Virus record (IMG/VR): IMGVR_UViG_3300045988_168611
Location: 1-64,000 of that record
DNA from: a virus
Reading direction: 5' to 3' (one strand)
DNA length: 64,000 nucleotides
Shown here: positions 7,518 to 18,100 of the stretch, one piece after another
Layout of the letters: the number at the start of each line of letters is the position of its first letter
How positions within the stretch are numbered: the stretch's first letter is position 1
Program-made: the position numbers and the translations under genes
Notes under the pieces: model-generated
Databases searched by the model: none
What the model was told of the DNA's origin: nothing
Seen by the model: only the letters and a program-made list of their open reading frames with translations

Positions 7518-9677
7518 ATGAATGAAGCAAAACTATTTCCTGAGGGTAGCGTGACTGACCTGGTGTGCCGTGGTTGGTCGCGTGAGCGTGTCATCGCAGC
7601 CACTGATGTCGATCCTGGGTATCACAATGCGTCAGTGAGGACTGAGCTGACAGGTGTGGATCGAACAGCATACAAGATCGAGCATGTGCGGCAGCGTGTT
7701 GCCCAGGAGACTGTGCGTGACGTGCTAGAACAGTATGCTGCGTGCGATCTGGACAAGGCCGGGGTGTTGGAGCATTTTGGGTTGCACGACGCGGTGAATC
7801 TCATCAAGCTTTCCGAGCTGTTCACAGCTCTGGATCTGGGTGGAGAATTCCGTGATGCCGATCGTCGTTTTCGTCGTGGCACTATGCAGGCGGGTATGAT
7901 CGCTCAGCACGGTACGGACAATCCGTTCAAGCTCGATGAATACCAGGAGAAGGCGGCTCGGACGAGAGAAGAGCGCTACGGTGCTCGGTACACGTTGGCC
8001 GAGGGCTCGGTGTTTGCTGACGAGGCTCGGAAGAAAGCCAAAACGACTCGTTATTCTCGCGAGAGATATACGCGTGTTTTGACCTCGGATGAGATCGCAC
8101 AGCGTAGCGCACGTGCGGTAAAAACTTCACGATCGCGTTATGGCGTTGACCATCCCAGTCAAACTCCTGATGCTCGTGCGGCTCAGAGGCAACGGGCTGA
8201 GCAGTATGGGAAGCAATGGGCTGAGAAAGCTCGCCAAACGAGTATCGAAAGGTATGGCTTTCCTTCATGGACTATGCGTGAGGAATCTCGTCGAGAGATC
8301 TCCAAACGCATGTCAAGCGCATGTGTGCAACAGCAGTCGTTGGCGACGAAGAAACGTAATGCCACATTGGCTACCTCTTCATCAGAGGACGCGCTTCATG
8401 AGCTGCTTGTTGAGTATGCAGATCACCACGGTATGACCGTGGTGCGACAGCATCGTGATGAAAACCGCTATCCCTTTGCTGTTGATTTTTATATCCCTGA
8501 GCGTGATCTTTTCATCGAGCTCAATGGCTCGTGGTCGCATGGCGGGCACTGGTATGAGGTCGATCGCGATATGGACCAGAAGACAGTACAGACCTGGTGT
8601 AAGAAGGGTGAGAAGTCGCAGTATTACCTCAATGCGCTTGGGACGTGGACTGAGCGAGACGTGCGTAAGCGTGCAGCTGCTCGCGAAGCGCAGTTGAATT
8701 ATGTGACGCTGTGGGATGGTTCTGAGTCTCTGTGGGATGCTCATCTGTGGTTTGCTCTCGGGGCTCCTGATGGCCACGACTGGGATCGTGAGTACTCCTG
8801 GCTCGATCTACCTGAATCTCTGACTGATCTCAGGGAAGGTCTGAGTGAGCAGGTGCAGCAGTGGGCGGATATTGATGTCACGAATGCTGGTTCGAGGCAG
8901 ATCTCCTGGCTTGCCCGTAGCGGCACGTGGGAGACGTTCTATGCTCGCGAGTTGCAGATGTGGGAGGCCGACGAGGTACATCACCGCAAGTGGGGCCGTC
9001 TACGTGCACGTTTGCTTGCTAATCGATTGCAGTATCTGGGTAAGCTTCCTGAGTCGGCCCTAGAGATCGTGCGAGGTCTGTCTATCAGTGGTGAGATCCG
9101 TTCGTACTCGACGTTTGTCAACACCGCTATGGTGGCTGTTCTCGATCGGTATGAGCCGACGCACATGTACGACCCGTGCAGCGGGTGGGGTGAGCGTATG
9201 CTCACCTGTGCTCAGCGCGGTGTGACGTATACCGGCACAGATATTTCTGAGGCAGTGGTAGAGGCTCACCAGGGTCTTATCGATCGTCTGAGTCTGACGA
9301 ATGTCAGTGTGTCGCTCGGTGACAGTGCGACCCGTGATATGCGAGGTGGCTCGCATGAGATGGTTCTGACGTGCCCGCCGTATGGAGATACGGAGATCTA
9401 CACTTCTCAAGGCGCTGAGAATCTGGATGACGAGGCGTTCTTGGAATGGTGGAAACAGGTTGTCTCCATGAGCGTTGCTCCGTCGACGCGTGTTTTCGCT
9501 TTCCAGATCAGTGAGAAGTGGCGCAAGCGTATGTCGGCAGTGGCTCAGAGCGCACTAGGTGAACAATGGCACCTGGCAGATGAGATCGATGCGTCGGCAT
9601 CGCGTAATCATTTCCAGCGTGCGAGGTCGCGTCAGAAGCATCGCGGTGAAATGATGGTGGTCTTTGAACGACTCTGA
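7518..9677 (+). CDS. fusion protein: RYG-repeat region, PD-(D/E)xK-like endonuclease-fold core and DNA methyltransferase
   Basis: Three ~40-aa repeats (ERYGARYTL.., SRYGVDHPSQ.., ERYGFPSW..). VDFYIPERDLFIELNGSWSH at nt 8481-8528. MTase motif I YDPCSGWGE (9168-9194) and motif IV TCPPY (9369-9383). Confidence 0.65.
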   Translation: MNEAKLFPEGSVTDLVCRGWSRERVIAATDVDPGYHNASVRTELTGVDRTAYKIEHVRQRVAQETVRDVLEQYAACDLDKAGVLEHFGLHDAVNLIKLSELFTALDLGGEFRDADRRFRRGTMQAGMIAQHGTDNPFKLDEYQEKAARTREERYGARYTLAEGSVFADEARKKAKTTRYSRERYTRVLTSDEIAQRSARAVKTSRSRYGVDHPSQTPDARAAQRQRAEQYGKQWAEKARQTSIERYGFPSWTMREESRREISKRMSSACVQQQSLATKKRNATLATSSSEDALHELLVEYADHHGMTVVRQHRDENRYPFAVDFYIPERDLFIELNGSWSHGGHWYEVDRDMDQKTVQTWCKKGEKSQYYLNALGTWTERDVRKRAAAREAQLNYVTLWDGSESLWDAHLWFALGAPDGHDWDREYSWLDLPESLTDLREGLSEQVQQWADIDVTNAGSRQISWLARSGTWETFYARELQMWEADEVHHRKWGRLRARLLANRLQYLGKLPESALEIVRGLSISGEIRSYSTFVNTAMVAVLDRYEPTHMYDPCSGWGERMLTCAQRGVTYTGTDISEAVVEAHQGLIDRLSLTNVSVSLGDSATRDMRGGSHEMVLTCPPYGDTEIYTSQGAENLDDEAFLEWWKQVVSMSVAPSTRVFAFQISEKWRKRMSAVAQSALGEQWHLADEIDASASRNHFQRARSRQKHRGEMMVVFERL

Positions 9678-9695
9678 TATACTCGTTATACTCGT
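9675..9695 (+). promoter_or_regulatory. candidate promoter/operator box TGATATACTCGT-TATACTCGT (tandem 9-mer TATACTCGT x2)
   Basis: Read directly. It overlaps the stop codon of CDS 7518..9677 and lies 32 nt upstream of ATG 9727. Related boxes occur at 32972 and 47171. Confidence 0.4.
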
Positions 9696-9726
9696 ATATG
9701 AACGTTTTCGATGATTTGGAGGATAT

Positions 9727-11940
9727 ATGACAGTTGGAATTCTGACTGAGAAGCCGAGCGCAGCGCGTAATTTCGCGAAGGCGCTTGGTGGTCAGACTGG
9801 AACCTGTAACGGCGAGAACTATGTGATTGCGTTTGCTCGCGGCCACCTCTTCGAGCTGAAGCAGCCGGTGGATCAGGTGGATTCGTCGAAGCGCACGCAG
9901 TATGCGTCGTGGGTGCTGAGTGATCTGCCGTGGGATGTGAACGATCTTGCTTTCGAGCGAGAGAAGAAGGATGGTGTGTCGAAACTGCTGTCCGACATCC
10001 GCACGGCGTTCCGTTCCTGCGATGAAATTTGCATCGCTACCGATGTTGATCCATCGGGAGAAGGAGGGCTACTAGCCTGGGAAATCATCGCTGCCCTCGG
10101 ACTGGACACAAAGCCTATCTCGCGCATGTATTTCACCGATGAGGCTCCAGCCTCGATCAAGAAGGCGTTTACGTCGCGTAAGCGTCTGACTTCGATGGAA
10201 GATCACGATGAGTACCGCATGGCGTGGCTGCGATCAAGGTGGGATTTCCTCTCGATGCAGTGGACCCGTGTTGCCTCCCAGCTTGCGGGTCAGCGCACTG
10301 TGCTGCGCCAGGGTCGACTGAAGTCGGCCATGACCGTGCTCGTGGGTGATCAGCTGAAGGCTCACAAGTCGTGGAAGAAGGTGCCGTTCTACGAGTCCCG
10401 TTTCCGTGATGAGAACGGTGTCATGTACTCCGATCCCGATGCTCAGCGACATGCCAAGGAAAGCGATGTGGATCTCAGCGGTCTTCACGCATCGAGCGTG
10501 ACGGTGGACTCTAAGACCATGAAGCGATCTGGTCCACCCAGGATGCTGGATCTGGCTGGTCTGTCAGCACTTCTGAGCGCTAAGGGCGTGAAGGCGGCGG
10601 ATGTGCTGAAAATCTATCAAAAAATGTACGAAGCCCAAGTCGTTTCGTACCCCCGCACCGAAGACAAGCACGTCACCAAGGAGCAATTCGCGGAGCTTGT
10701 GAGCAACGCCTCTGCAATCGCTCGCGCTGTCGGTATCGATCCAGCTCTGCTGACGCACACTGCGGCTCGTTCGACGCACGTCAAGGACTCTGGTGCCCAC
10801 GGTGCAAACCGTCCTGGTCCCAATGTCCCGAAGTCGCTTGCGGATGTGGAGGCGAAGTACGGCAAGACGGGTGCCATGATCTATGAGCTGCTGGCTCGCT
10901 CTGCCCTCGCGGTTCTCGCAGAGGACTATGAGTACGAGGCTCAGAAGGGTCACGTCACTGACTTCCCCTCCTACACGGGTTCGTGCTCGGTGCCGAAGAA
11001 GCCGGGTTGGAAGTCTGTTCTTGGTGGCGCATCGATGGCAGACGATGATGATGATGAGAACAACGTGACGGGTCTGGGTACCCAGGCTCAGCCGTTCGTT
11101 CACGAGGGTGTTCCACCGCGCCCTGCGGCCCCCACCGTTAAGTGGCTCATGAAGCAACTGGAGAGGCGAGACGTGGGCACTGGTGCAACGCGCACCAGCA
11201 CCTTCGCTGAGGTGTCAAGCTCGAAGGCTCGGTATCCTCTCATGACTGAAACGAGGGGCAAGATTGCTCTCACTGAGCATGGTGACATGAGCTACCGGCT
11301 GTTGCCAGGAACTCATATTGGTGATCTCACGATCACTGAACGAGTGTTCGCTGACATGAAGGCTGTGGCCAAGGGTCAGAAGAATGCAGACGATGTTCTG
11401 GCTGAAGTGGCCGGACTGATCACAGATGATATTGCCGTCATGACGGCGAATGCACAAACAATGCGAAAGGAACTTGGAATGAGCGAATTTGTCGAGAAGG
11501 AATACTTCGAGGGTACGTGGGCCAAGAACGGTCAGCACGTGAAGTTCAACCGTACGTGGAGTGGCCATCGTTTCACCGATCAGGAGTGCATGGATCTCCT
11601 GGCTGGTAAGGACATCGAGATCACTGCCACGTCTAGGAAGACGGGGGATGACTTCACCGTCATTGGGGCTCTTGGGGAGAATGAGTTCAATGGGCGTAAG
11701 TTTGTTGGTTTCAACCCTGATTACACCAAGCCGACCTCGGCTGCAAAGAGGGGTGTTGCCCCCAAGTCGATGCTTGGCGTGAAGCTGACTGATGAACAGC
11801 GTGAGAAGATCGAGGCTGGGGAAAAGGTTAAGGTCAAAGGCATGAAGTCCAAGAAGACCGGCAAGACCTTCGATGCGTATTTGTCCCTGGAAGATAAGCC
11901 GGATGGGACGCGCGGTATTGCGTTCTCGTTCGACAAGTGA
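9727..11940 (+). CDS. type IA DNA topoisomerase (conjugative-element Topo III-like)
   Basis: N-terminal TEKPSAARNFAKALGG. TOPRIM acidic cluster IATDVDPSGEG. Active-site VVSYPRTEDKH, cf. the Y-x-R-T-D/E catalytic tyrosine motif. Confidence 0.85.
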   Translation: MTVGILTEKPSAARNFAKALGGQTGTCNGENYVIAFARGHLFELKQPVDQVDSSKRTQYASWVLSDLPWDVNDLAFEREKKDGVSKLLSDIRTAFRSCDEICIATDVDPSGEGGLLAWEIIAALGLDTKPISRMYFTDEAPASIKKAFTSRKRLTSMEDHDEYRMAWLRSRWDFLSMQWTRVASQLAGQRTVLRQGRLKSAMTVLVGDQLKAHKSWKKVPFYESRFRDENGVMYSDPDAQRHAKESDVDLSGLHASSVTVDSKTMKRSGPPRMLDLAGLSALLSAKGVKAADVLKIYQKMYEAQVVSYPRTEDKHVTKEQFAELVSNASAIARAVGIDPALLTHTAARSTHVKDSGAHGANRPGPNVPKSLADVEAKYGKTGAMIYELLARSALAVLAEDYEYEAQKGHVTDFPSYTGSCSVPKKPGWKSVLGGASMADDDDDENNVTGLGTQAQPFVHEGVPPRPAAPTVKWLMKQLERRDVGTGATRTSTFAEVSSSKARYPLMTETRGKIALTEHGDMSYRLLPGTHIGDLTITERVFADMKAVAKGQKNADDVLAEVAGLITDDIAVMTANAQTMRKELGMSEFVEKEYFEGTWAKNGQHVKFNRTWSGHRFTDQECMDLLAGKDIEITATSRKTGDDFTVIGALGENEFNGRKFVGFNPDYTKPTSAAKRGVAPKSMLGVKLTDEQREKIEAGEKVKVKGMKSKKTGKTFDAYLSLEDKPDGTRGIAFSFDK

Positions 11941-11975
11941 TGTGACGGATGTGAGGTAAGAAAGGAGAGTTGTGA

Positions 11976-12860
11976 ATGGCTGTTAAAGAACGGTATTCCA
12001 TTCCCGTCTCGCTGGATCGGACGATCCTCGATCATGAGCTGAGCCTGTCGAATAACTCCGTCAAGCTGAAGCCACTTCCGATGAAGGTGATCTTCGCCTG
12101 GATCGGTAGCATTGTGATCCTTATGTGGCTGCTCATGGGCACGCCACTCAAGGGCGCAAGTTTCGGCTATTTGGTGTTCATCTCGATTTGGTGGATTGCT
12201 GCCACGGCGTATTTCGCTGCGTACTCGAAGACTAAAGAGATGCGCGGTGAGATGATCATGGCTCTATTCGACTATCTACCGAAAACGGCGCGCAAGGTGC
12301 TGACGCGATCTGATTCGAGCCCCGGTCAGTTCCACTCGATCGTCGGCATCAAGGATGTCGACGAGAAGACGGCTTTCATTACCTATGCGGATGGCATGGT
12401 GGGCCAGGCGTACGCTGTCGTGGGATCCGCGTCGCGTCTGCTGTTTGATCAGGATCGAAATGCGATTCTGAACCGTAACGATCGTTTCTATCGCAAGTTG
12501 GAACCGGGTGTCGAGCTAGAGTTCATCACCACGAAGGAACCTCAGCGCGTTCATACACAGATTGCAACGCTAGAGAGGCGTAATCGTGCTTTGGATCCTG
12601 AGGCTCGTGATCCTGAACTGGTTGCGCTCATGGACGAACAGTACGAGTCTTTGAAGAGCTACGTGGGCTCCAGTTTCTTCAGCATCCATCAGTACCTGAT
12701 TCTCATTGCCAGCAATGAAGAGGATCTACGCAAGGCGCACAACCTGCTCGATGCCGAAGCGGCTGATTCGTCGCTGATGTTCAAGCAAATCGCGATGCTC
12801 ACGTATGATGAGACGATCGAGCTCCTGCGGACTCATTACGGACCCGTCGTCACGCACTGA
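11976..12860 (+). CDS. T4SS-associated membrane protein (VirB3/TcpE-like position; tentative)
   Basis: Two TM helices near the N-terminus. Sits immediately upstream of the VirB4-like gene. AAAGGAGAG SD. Confidence 0.45.
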   Translation: MAVKERYSIPVSLDRTILDHELSLSNNSVKLKPLPMKVIFAWIGSIVILMWLLMGTPLKGASFGYLVFISIWWIAATAYFAAYSKTKEMRGEMIMALFDYLPKTARKVLTRSDSSPGQFHSIVGIKDVDEKTAFITYADGMVGQAYAVVGSASRLLFDQDRNAILNRNDRFYRKLEPGVELEFITTKEPQRVHTQIATLERRNRALDPEARDPELVALMDEQYESLKSYVGSSFFSIHQYLILIASNEEDLRKAHNLLDAEAADSSLMFKQIAMLTYDETIELLRTHYGPVVTH

Positions 12861-12880
12861 TCTGTGTGTCACAGAGCCAG

Positions 12881-12908
12881 CAACCCCGGATGGTAACGTC
12901 CGGGGTTG
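12881..12908 (+). terminator. hairpin CAACCCCGGA/TCCGGGGTTG
   Basis: Perfect 10-bp stem, 21 nt after the stop at 12860. Confidence 0.6.
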
Positions 12909-12967
12909 TTGCGTATCTAATGCCTCCAAACAGGTACTGTGCGATGGGCTTTTGCCTGGTTTTCGTG

Positions 12968-12973
12968 TAGAAT
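12968..12973 (+). promoter_or_regulatory. -10 hexamer TAGAAT upstream of the VirB4-like gene
   Basis: Read directly. Same hexamer as at 7506, 29140 and 41544. Confidence 0.35.
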
Positions 12974-13046
12974 AGCCTGAGGAACGACCATAATCGGTCT
13001 TCAATCGACCACGACAGTAATTATTGAAGTGAAAGGAGTGGCATCT

Positions 13047-15167
13047 ATGGCGAAAAAGGATAGTGTCACGAATGTGATCGCATCGGATGAGTCATCGCCG
13101 TGGGGCATGGCGACCTCGCGTGTTCGCGAAGCGAGTGCCTCGATGGCTGCTGATGAGGCGCGTGATCGTGCTGCATCGCAGCAGAGAAGCCTGAAGGGTA
13201 TGTCTCGTAAGGAGCGTAAGGCGCTGTTCTCGAAGACCAATGGCACAACGTTTAAGGAGTATGCACATCTTCTGGCTGTGAAGCCTCGCCAGGGCTATGT
13301 ATTTCACAGCGACTACTTCGAGATCGACGGTAACGTCGGATGCATCCTGGGCTACTTCCACGACGAGAGCGCCCGTGATGAGCTCCCTCCGTTCTGGGGT
13401 GTGAACCTCATTCCCTATCTGCCTCAGAACGTGACGGCGGTTTTGCTTCAGCAGGTCTCGCGCGTGACTGAGTCCTGGCTCAAGGACAAGATTAAGGCGT
13501 CTGAGCGCCTCGATCGTCTCGACGAGCAGGAGCAGAGCGAGAACGGCACGAAGTCGTCCCGTCGCAAGGCATCGAAGGTGTCTGCTGAGGTTGAGCAGGC
13601 GATCGCTGAAATCCAGGACGGCGCTGCCTACCTGTCTGTGCACTACCGCATTCTCTTGAAGGCTCCCTCGTTGGAGATCCTCGATGATGTCATCGATGAT
13701 CTGCGTCATCGGTACATCGATAGCGTTGGCAACCTGTCGATCGCTGCACATCCTGGTCTTCAGCGCCAGGAGTTGGCGACGCTGTTTGCCCCTAACGCCT
13801 CGAAGAAAGGCAAGGGCTTCCACTTCACCTCGACTGAGCTGGCGGGTGCGTTCAACCTTGTCACCAACGGTCTCAATGACCGTGGTGGCGAGTTCGTCGG
13901 CTACATGGTCGGTGACGTGAACAACTCGGGCGTCCTCATGGACGTTGATCAGTACAGTCATCACGTGGTGGTTGCCGATGATGAGAAGTCTCGCGCTGAG
14001 ATCATGAACAAGGCTCAGGTTGCCGATATGTGGGCATCGAAGATCTCACAGGCGGCTCTGATCAACAACAAGCGCGTTGTGCACATCATTCTCGATGGCG
14101 CTGATCTGACGGGTGTTCTCGGTCCTCGTATGGACACGATCACTGCGCGCATCGACATGTCGCAAGGTGATGTCAACCCCTTTGAGGTCTTCGGTGATCG
14201 CAAGGATCAGCTCTCGCTGTTCTCGACTCACCTGGAAAAGATGGTGCTTCTGACCGAGCAGGTGTATCAGCCTACTGATGACGATCGGACGATCATCCAA
14301 GGTCAGCTGAAGGACACTCTGGAACAGTTCTATGTGGATCAGAACATGTGGGCGCGTAACGCGAAGGACAATCAGGATCGTTTGCGTCTTGTGGGTGTGC
14401 CGCATGATCAGGTACCGCAGCTGAAGCTGTTTGTCACGTATCTGGATCAGCGCTATAAAGCGCTGACCGGCAGGGCTAACCGTGATGATGAGATGGTGCA
14501 CGCATACTCTGTGCTGTCTTCTGTCTTCAAGTCCATGCTGAGTGCAAACGGTGACTTGTTCAACGTCATCACGAACGATGTCATTGATGGAACCCAAAAG
14601 GCTCGTCGCGTCATCTATGACTTTTCGGCTCTGGTGGATCGTGGGAAGGGTGTTGCGATGGCACAGCTCGTCAATGTGCTGGCGTTCGCGGCTTCGGCCT
14701 TGGGCGAAGGTGACACACTGATCATCCACGGTGCTGAGTTGATCGATAAGGGTGTGAAGCCGTACATGACTGAGCAGTTCCAGCGCCTCTTCCGTCGCAA
14801 TGGCCGTGTCGCCCTGTGCTACAACGGCGTGAAGGCGATGCTGGATGACTCGGAGTTCAACCACTTCGATGAGGCTGATTGGACGGCGCTCGGTGCGATG
14901 AGCGATGCTCTCGTGCCTGTGTATGAGAAGAAGCTGGCCAAGCAGATTCCTGTCGACATGACGAAGGTCATCACTCAACGAGGTGAGGGGCTCACATTCT
15001 TGCGACGAGGGACGGTCAACGTTGTCTTCAAGCGTGACCTTGCGCTCGGTCTCCATGCTCACGTGCGCGACATTACCTACGATGGAAGTGTTGCTCCCGG
15101 TCGACACAGAGGATCTGTGATGGCCCGGCAGAAAGCCCGCAAAAACGCTGAAAGGAAGAACAAGTGA
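13047..15167 (+). CDS. VirB4/TcpF-like conjugation protein with degenerate Walker A and B motifs
   Basis: ATG 13047 with GAAAGGAG SD. Overall VirB4-like layout. At the P-loop position it reads HHVVVADDEKSRAE (13959-13991) instead of GxxGxGKS, followed by RVVHIILDGADL. At the Walker B position it reads TLIIHGAE (14715-14738) instead of xxxxDEAW. Confidence 0.5.
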   Translation: MAKKDSVTNVIASDESSPWGMATSRVREASASMAADEARDRAASQQRSLKGMSRKERKALFSKTNGTTFKEYAHLLAVKPRQGYVFHSDYFEIDGNVGCILGYFHDESARDELPPFWGVNLIPYLPQNVTAVLLQQVSRVTESWLKDKIKASERLDRLDEQEQSENGTKSSRRKASKVSAEVEQAIAEIQDGAAYLSVHYRILLKAPSLEILDDVIDDLRHRYIDSVGNLSIAAHPGLQRQELATLFAPNASKKGKGFHFTSTELAGAFNLVTNGLNDRGGEFVGYMVGDVNNSGVLMDVDQYSHHVVVADDEKSRAEIMNKAQVADMWASKISQAALINNKRVVHIILDGADLTGVLGPRMDTITARIDMSQGDVNPFEVFGDRKDQLSLFSTHLEKMVLLTEQVYQPTDDDRTIIQGQLKDTLEQFYVDQNMWARNAKDNQDRLRLVGVPHDQVPQLKLFVTYLDQRYKALTGRANRDDEMVHAYSVLSSVFKSMLSANGDLFNVITNDVIDGTQKARRVIYDFSALVDRGKGVAMAQLVNVLAFAASALGEGDTLIIHGAELIDKGVKPYMTEQFQRLFRRNGRVALCYNGVKAMLDDSEFNHFDEADWTALGAMSDALVPVYEKKLAKQIPVDMTKVITQRGEGLTFLRRGTVNVVFKRDLALGLHAHVRDITYDGSVAPGRHRGSVMARQKARKNAERKNK

Positions 15168-15199
15168 ACAAGAACCATGAAAAGAAAGGAGAGAGTTTG

Positions 15200-18100
15200 A
15201 TGCTCACAAGCCGTGTTCGAGCAGTTCGGGGCTTCACCCGTGCGATGTCGTTTGTCGCAGCTGTGCTCATTGCCGTCTTTGGTCTCACCATGATCGGCGG
15301 AAGTGCGTACGCTGACAAGGACAAGGCTGAGAAGTATGACTTCTACACGCTCTCGTCTAACGTCACTGCCTACTTCTCCGATGCGACTAAGCCTGGTGAA
15401 GGCGATGGTCTCTCGGCGGATGAGGGCTGGACGACGATCGCTCAGAATGCCAGTGAGGGTGGAAACTTGCTGGGTTACGGAGACGATGATGTGTCGAGCT
15501 TCTCCGGCTGGCTCGTTTCTAAGGCCACGGGTTCATCGAACACGGTGGGTTATGACTCGTTGAAAGTTCGCGACAACGATTCGAGCAGTGCAAACTCCGC
15601 GTATAGCGGCGTTCTCGCATATGCGCAGTATGGCTCGCTGTTGAACGCGTTGGGTCTTGATTCCACGTCGACGGGTCTGGGGCTTCACTTCCAGAACATG
15701 GCGTTTGGTTCCATCATGGCCCTGCTGTATTTGCTCGCTGGTGGTATCGATACGATCTTCTCGGCTGTGATCTGGCTGCTAGAAACCCTCAACCCGTTCA
15801 AGCTCTTCTTCTCTGCGATCTCCGCATCGAGCACGGCAATGGCCAACGGTATGACCGGTGGACAGGGTGTGCCGGTGTGGATGCAGAGTTTGGATACGTG
15901 GTTTAGCGGCTGGTATCAGGCGCTTGTGAACCTGTCATGGACTGTGCTCATTCCGCTCTTCCTCTTTGTGTTCATCATCTCGTCTCTCATGTGGAAGAAG
16001 GGCAATGCTCTCGGTGGCTTGAAGAAGCTGGTTATCCGCGTGCTTTTCCTCGGTGTGGGTCTGCCTCTTATCGGATCGATGTACACGGCTTCGCTGGGTG
16101 TCATGAAGGACGCGACAGCAGGTGCTGGTATGGGTGCGACGCGCGTTGTGATCTCCACCTTTGTGGACTTCGAGAACTGGGCGAAGAAGGACCGCCTTGC
16201 TGTGCCGGACAATGCCACGCTTCAGTGGGATTCGTCTAAGCAGGCTCCGACCGGCGCATCTGTGAACAAGCTGCGTCAGACGACTGTGGCGATCAACAAG
16301 CTTGCGAACTCGGGTGCATTCTCGTCTGTGTCGGATATTGATGTGTCTGGCCTTGGCTCTATCTCCACGGAGGCTGCGAAGGCAGATACGACATCGAGCG
16401 GCGGTCTGAAGGATTTCACCTATGTCGCTGCCATGGAGATGCTTCTGCGCTACACGACTGCTCAGTCGTACCAGGCATCTGACTTTGATACGGCCATTAA
16501 GGGTCGTATCAGCCAGCAAGCATCGAGCGGCCAGGAGCAGGTCAAGAGCTGTGCGACGACCTGGTTCAATGTCCAGGCCGATGGTTCGACCAAGGCTGAT
16601 GGCAAGGGTTGTTCTGCGACCAAGGCATCGGATAATCCGGTGCTGAAGGTTCGTGAGGGATCTGGTCTCCAGGCGTCCGGTGAAAGCGGCACCATCACGT
16701 TCACGACGAGCGGTGATAAGTACGCTGGTGACTGGGTTATGTTGGGCGAGAACTTCAACGGTGCGAACTTGTCTGCGCTGTCCATGTATAACTACTTGAA
16801 CACGACGTTCGACAAGAACTCGGCAACCACCTACTCGTCGAGCAACGCGGTGTCGTCTGCTACTCGTGAGTACCACAACTCGGTGAATCTGGTTGGTTCT
16901 GCTGGCGTGAGCTGGCTCTACTGGGTAAACGGCGCTGTGACTCTGCTCTGCTTCATCGTGCTCGGCCTCGGTTACGCATTCGGTATGTTCACCGGCGCGA
17001 TCAAGAACTCGATGCACATCATCACGGCGGTTCCGTTCGCAACGCTGGGTTCCATGGCAGGTATCGCGAAGGTTGTTATTTACACCTTTACGATGATTAC
17101 CGAGATCATCGCAACCATGTTCATCTATCGTCTCGTCCAGGAGATCATTCTGTCGATTCCCGGTATCTTCGAGGGCGGCTTGGAACATATGTTCAACTCG
17201 ATGGGTGGTTTTGGCGTTTACCTGAAGAACAGTGGTAACGTCACGCTCTTCACGTCGCTGGTGTCCACTGTGCTGCTGATTCTCCTGACGTGGAAGATGA
17301 TGCACTTCCGTGGTGCATTCGTGAAGGGTCTCAACGAGGCTGTCACGAAGATTGTCGATAAGTTCCTGGACACGAATGTTGCTCCCCCTGCTGGTGGCGG
17401 CAAGCTGATGCCCGCTCTGGCTGGTGGCGTTGGCGCAGGCGTTGGCTCTGCTGCTGCTAACCGTCTGATGAGCGGTCGTGGTGGTCTGGGCTCTGGCTCG
17501 GGACGCGGCGGTGCATCGAGCGGTCTCATGGCTGGCTCTGGCGGTATTCAGGATGGAAACGGCGGTGTCTCGGGTATGGGCGGTGGATCGATGCTATCCA
17601 TCAACGGTACCGATGGCCCTGGCCCGGATGAGATCGGTCCCGGTGCATCCGGTGGTGATCCGAACGCTCCTGGCGGCGGTGGTGGCGGTTTGCTGCTCAG
17701 CGACGGATCGGGCGGCGTGAACGTCGACAACAGCACAAGCAATGACAACTCCAGCGCACTGATGACATCCGAGTCGGATCGTCAGCTCGCAAGTGAAGTT
17801 GATGCTCGTGGTGGTTTGTCTGAGCCAGCTCAGCTTGAGGCTGGTCCGCAGGCTGATGCAACCGCATCGAGCAAGGTTGCCAACAATGCCGATGACGCTA
17901 TGAGTGAGACGGCAGGGTCGATTCAGTCGACGATGGATGCTCACAACAAGGCCGATAAGGCACGTGTTGATCAGGCAACGTCTGGTGTGAAGGCCGTGTG
18001 GCACGGTGGTAAGGCAGCTGCCAAGGCTTACTCCGGTGATGTCGCAGGCGCTGCTCAGGATGGCCAGAAGGCCCTGGGTGATGTCCAGAGTGCTCAGACC

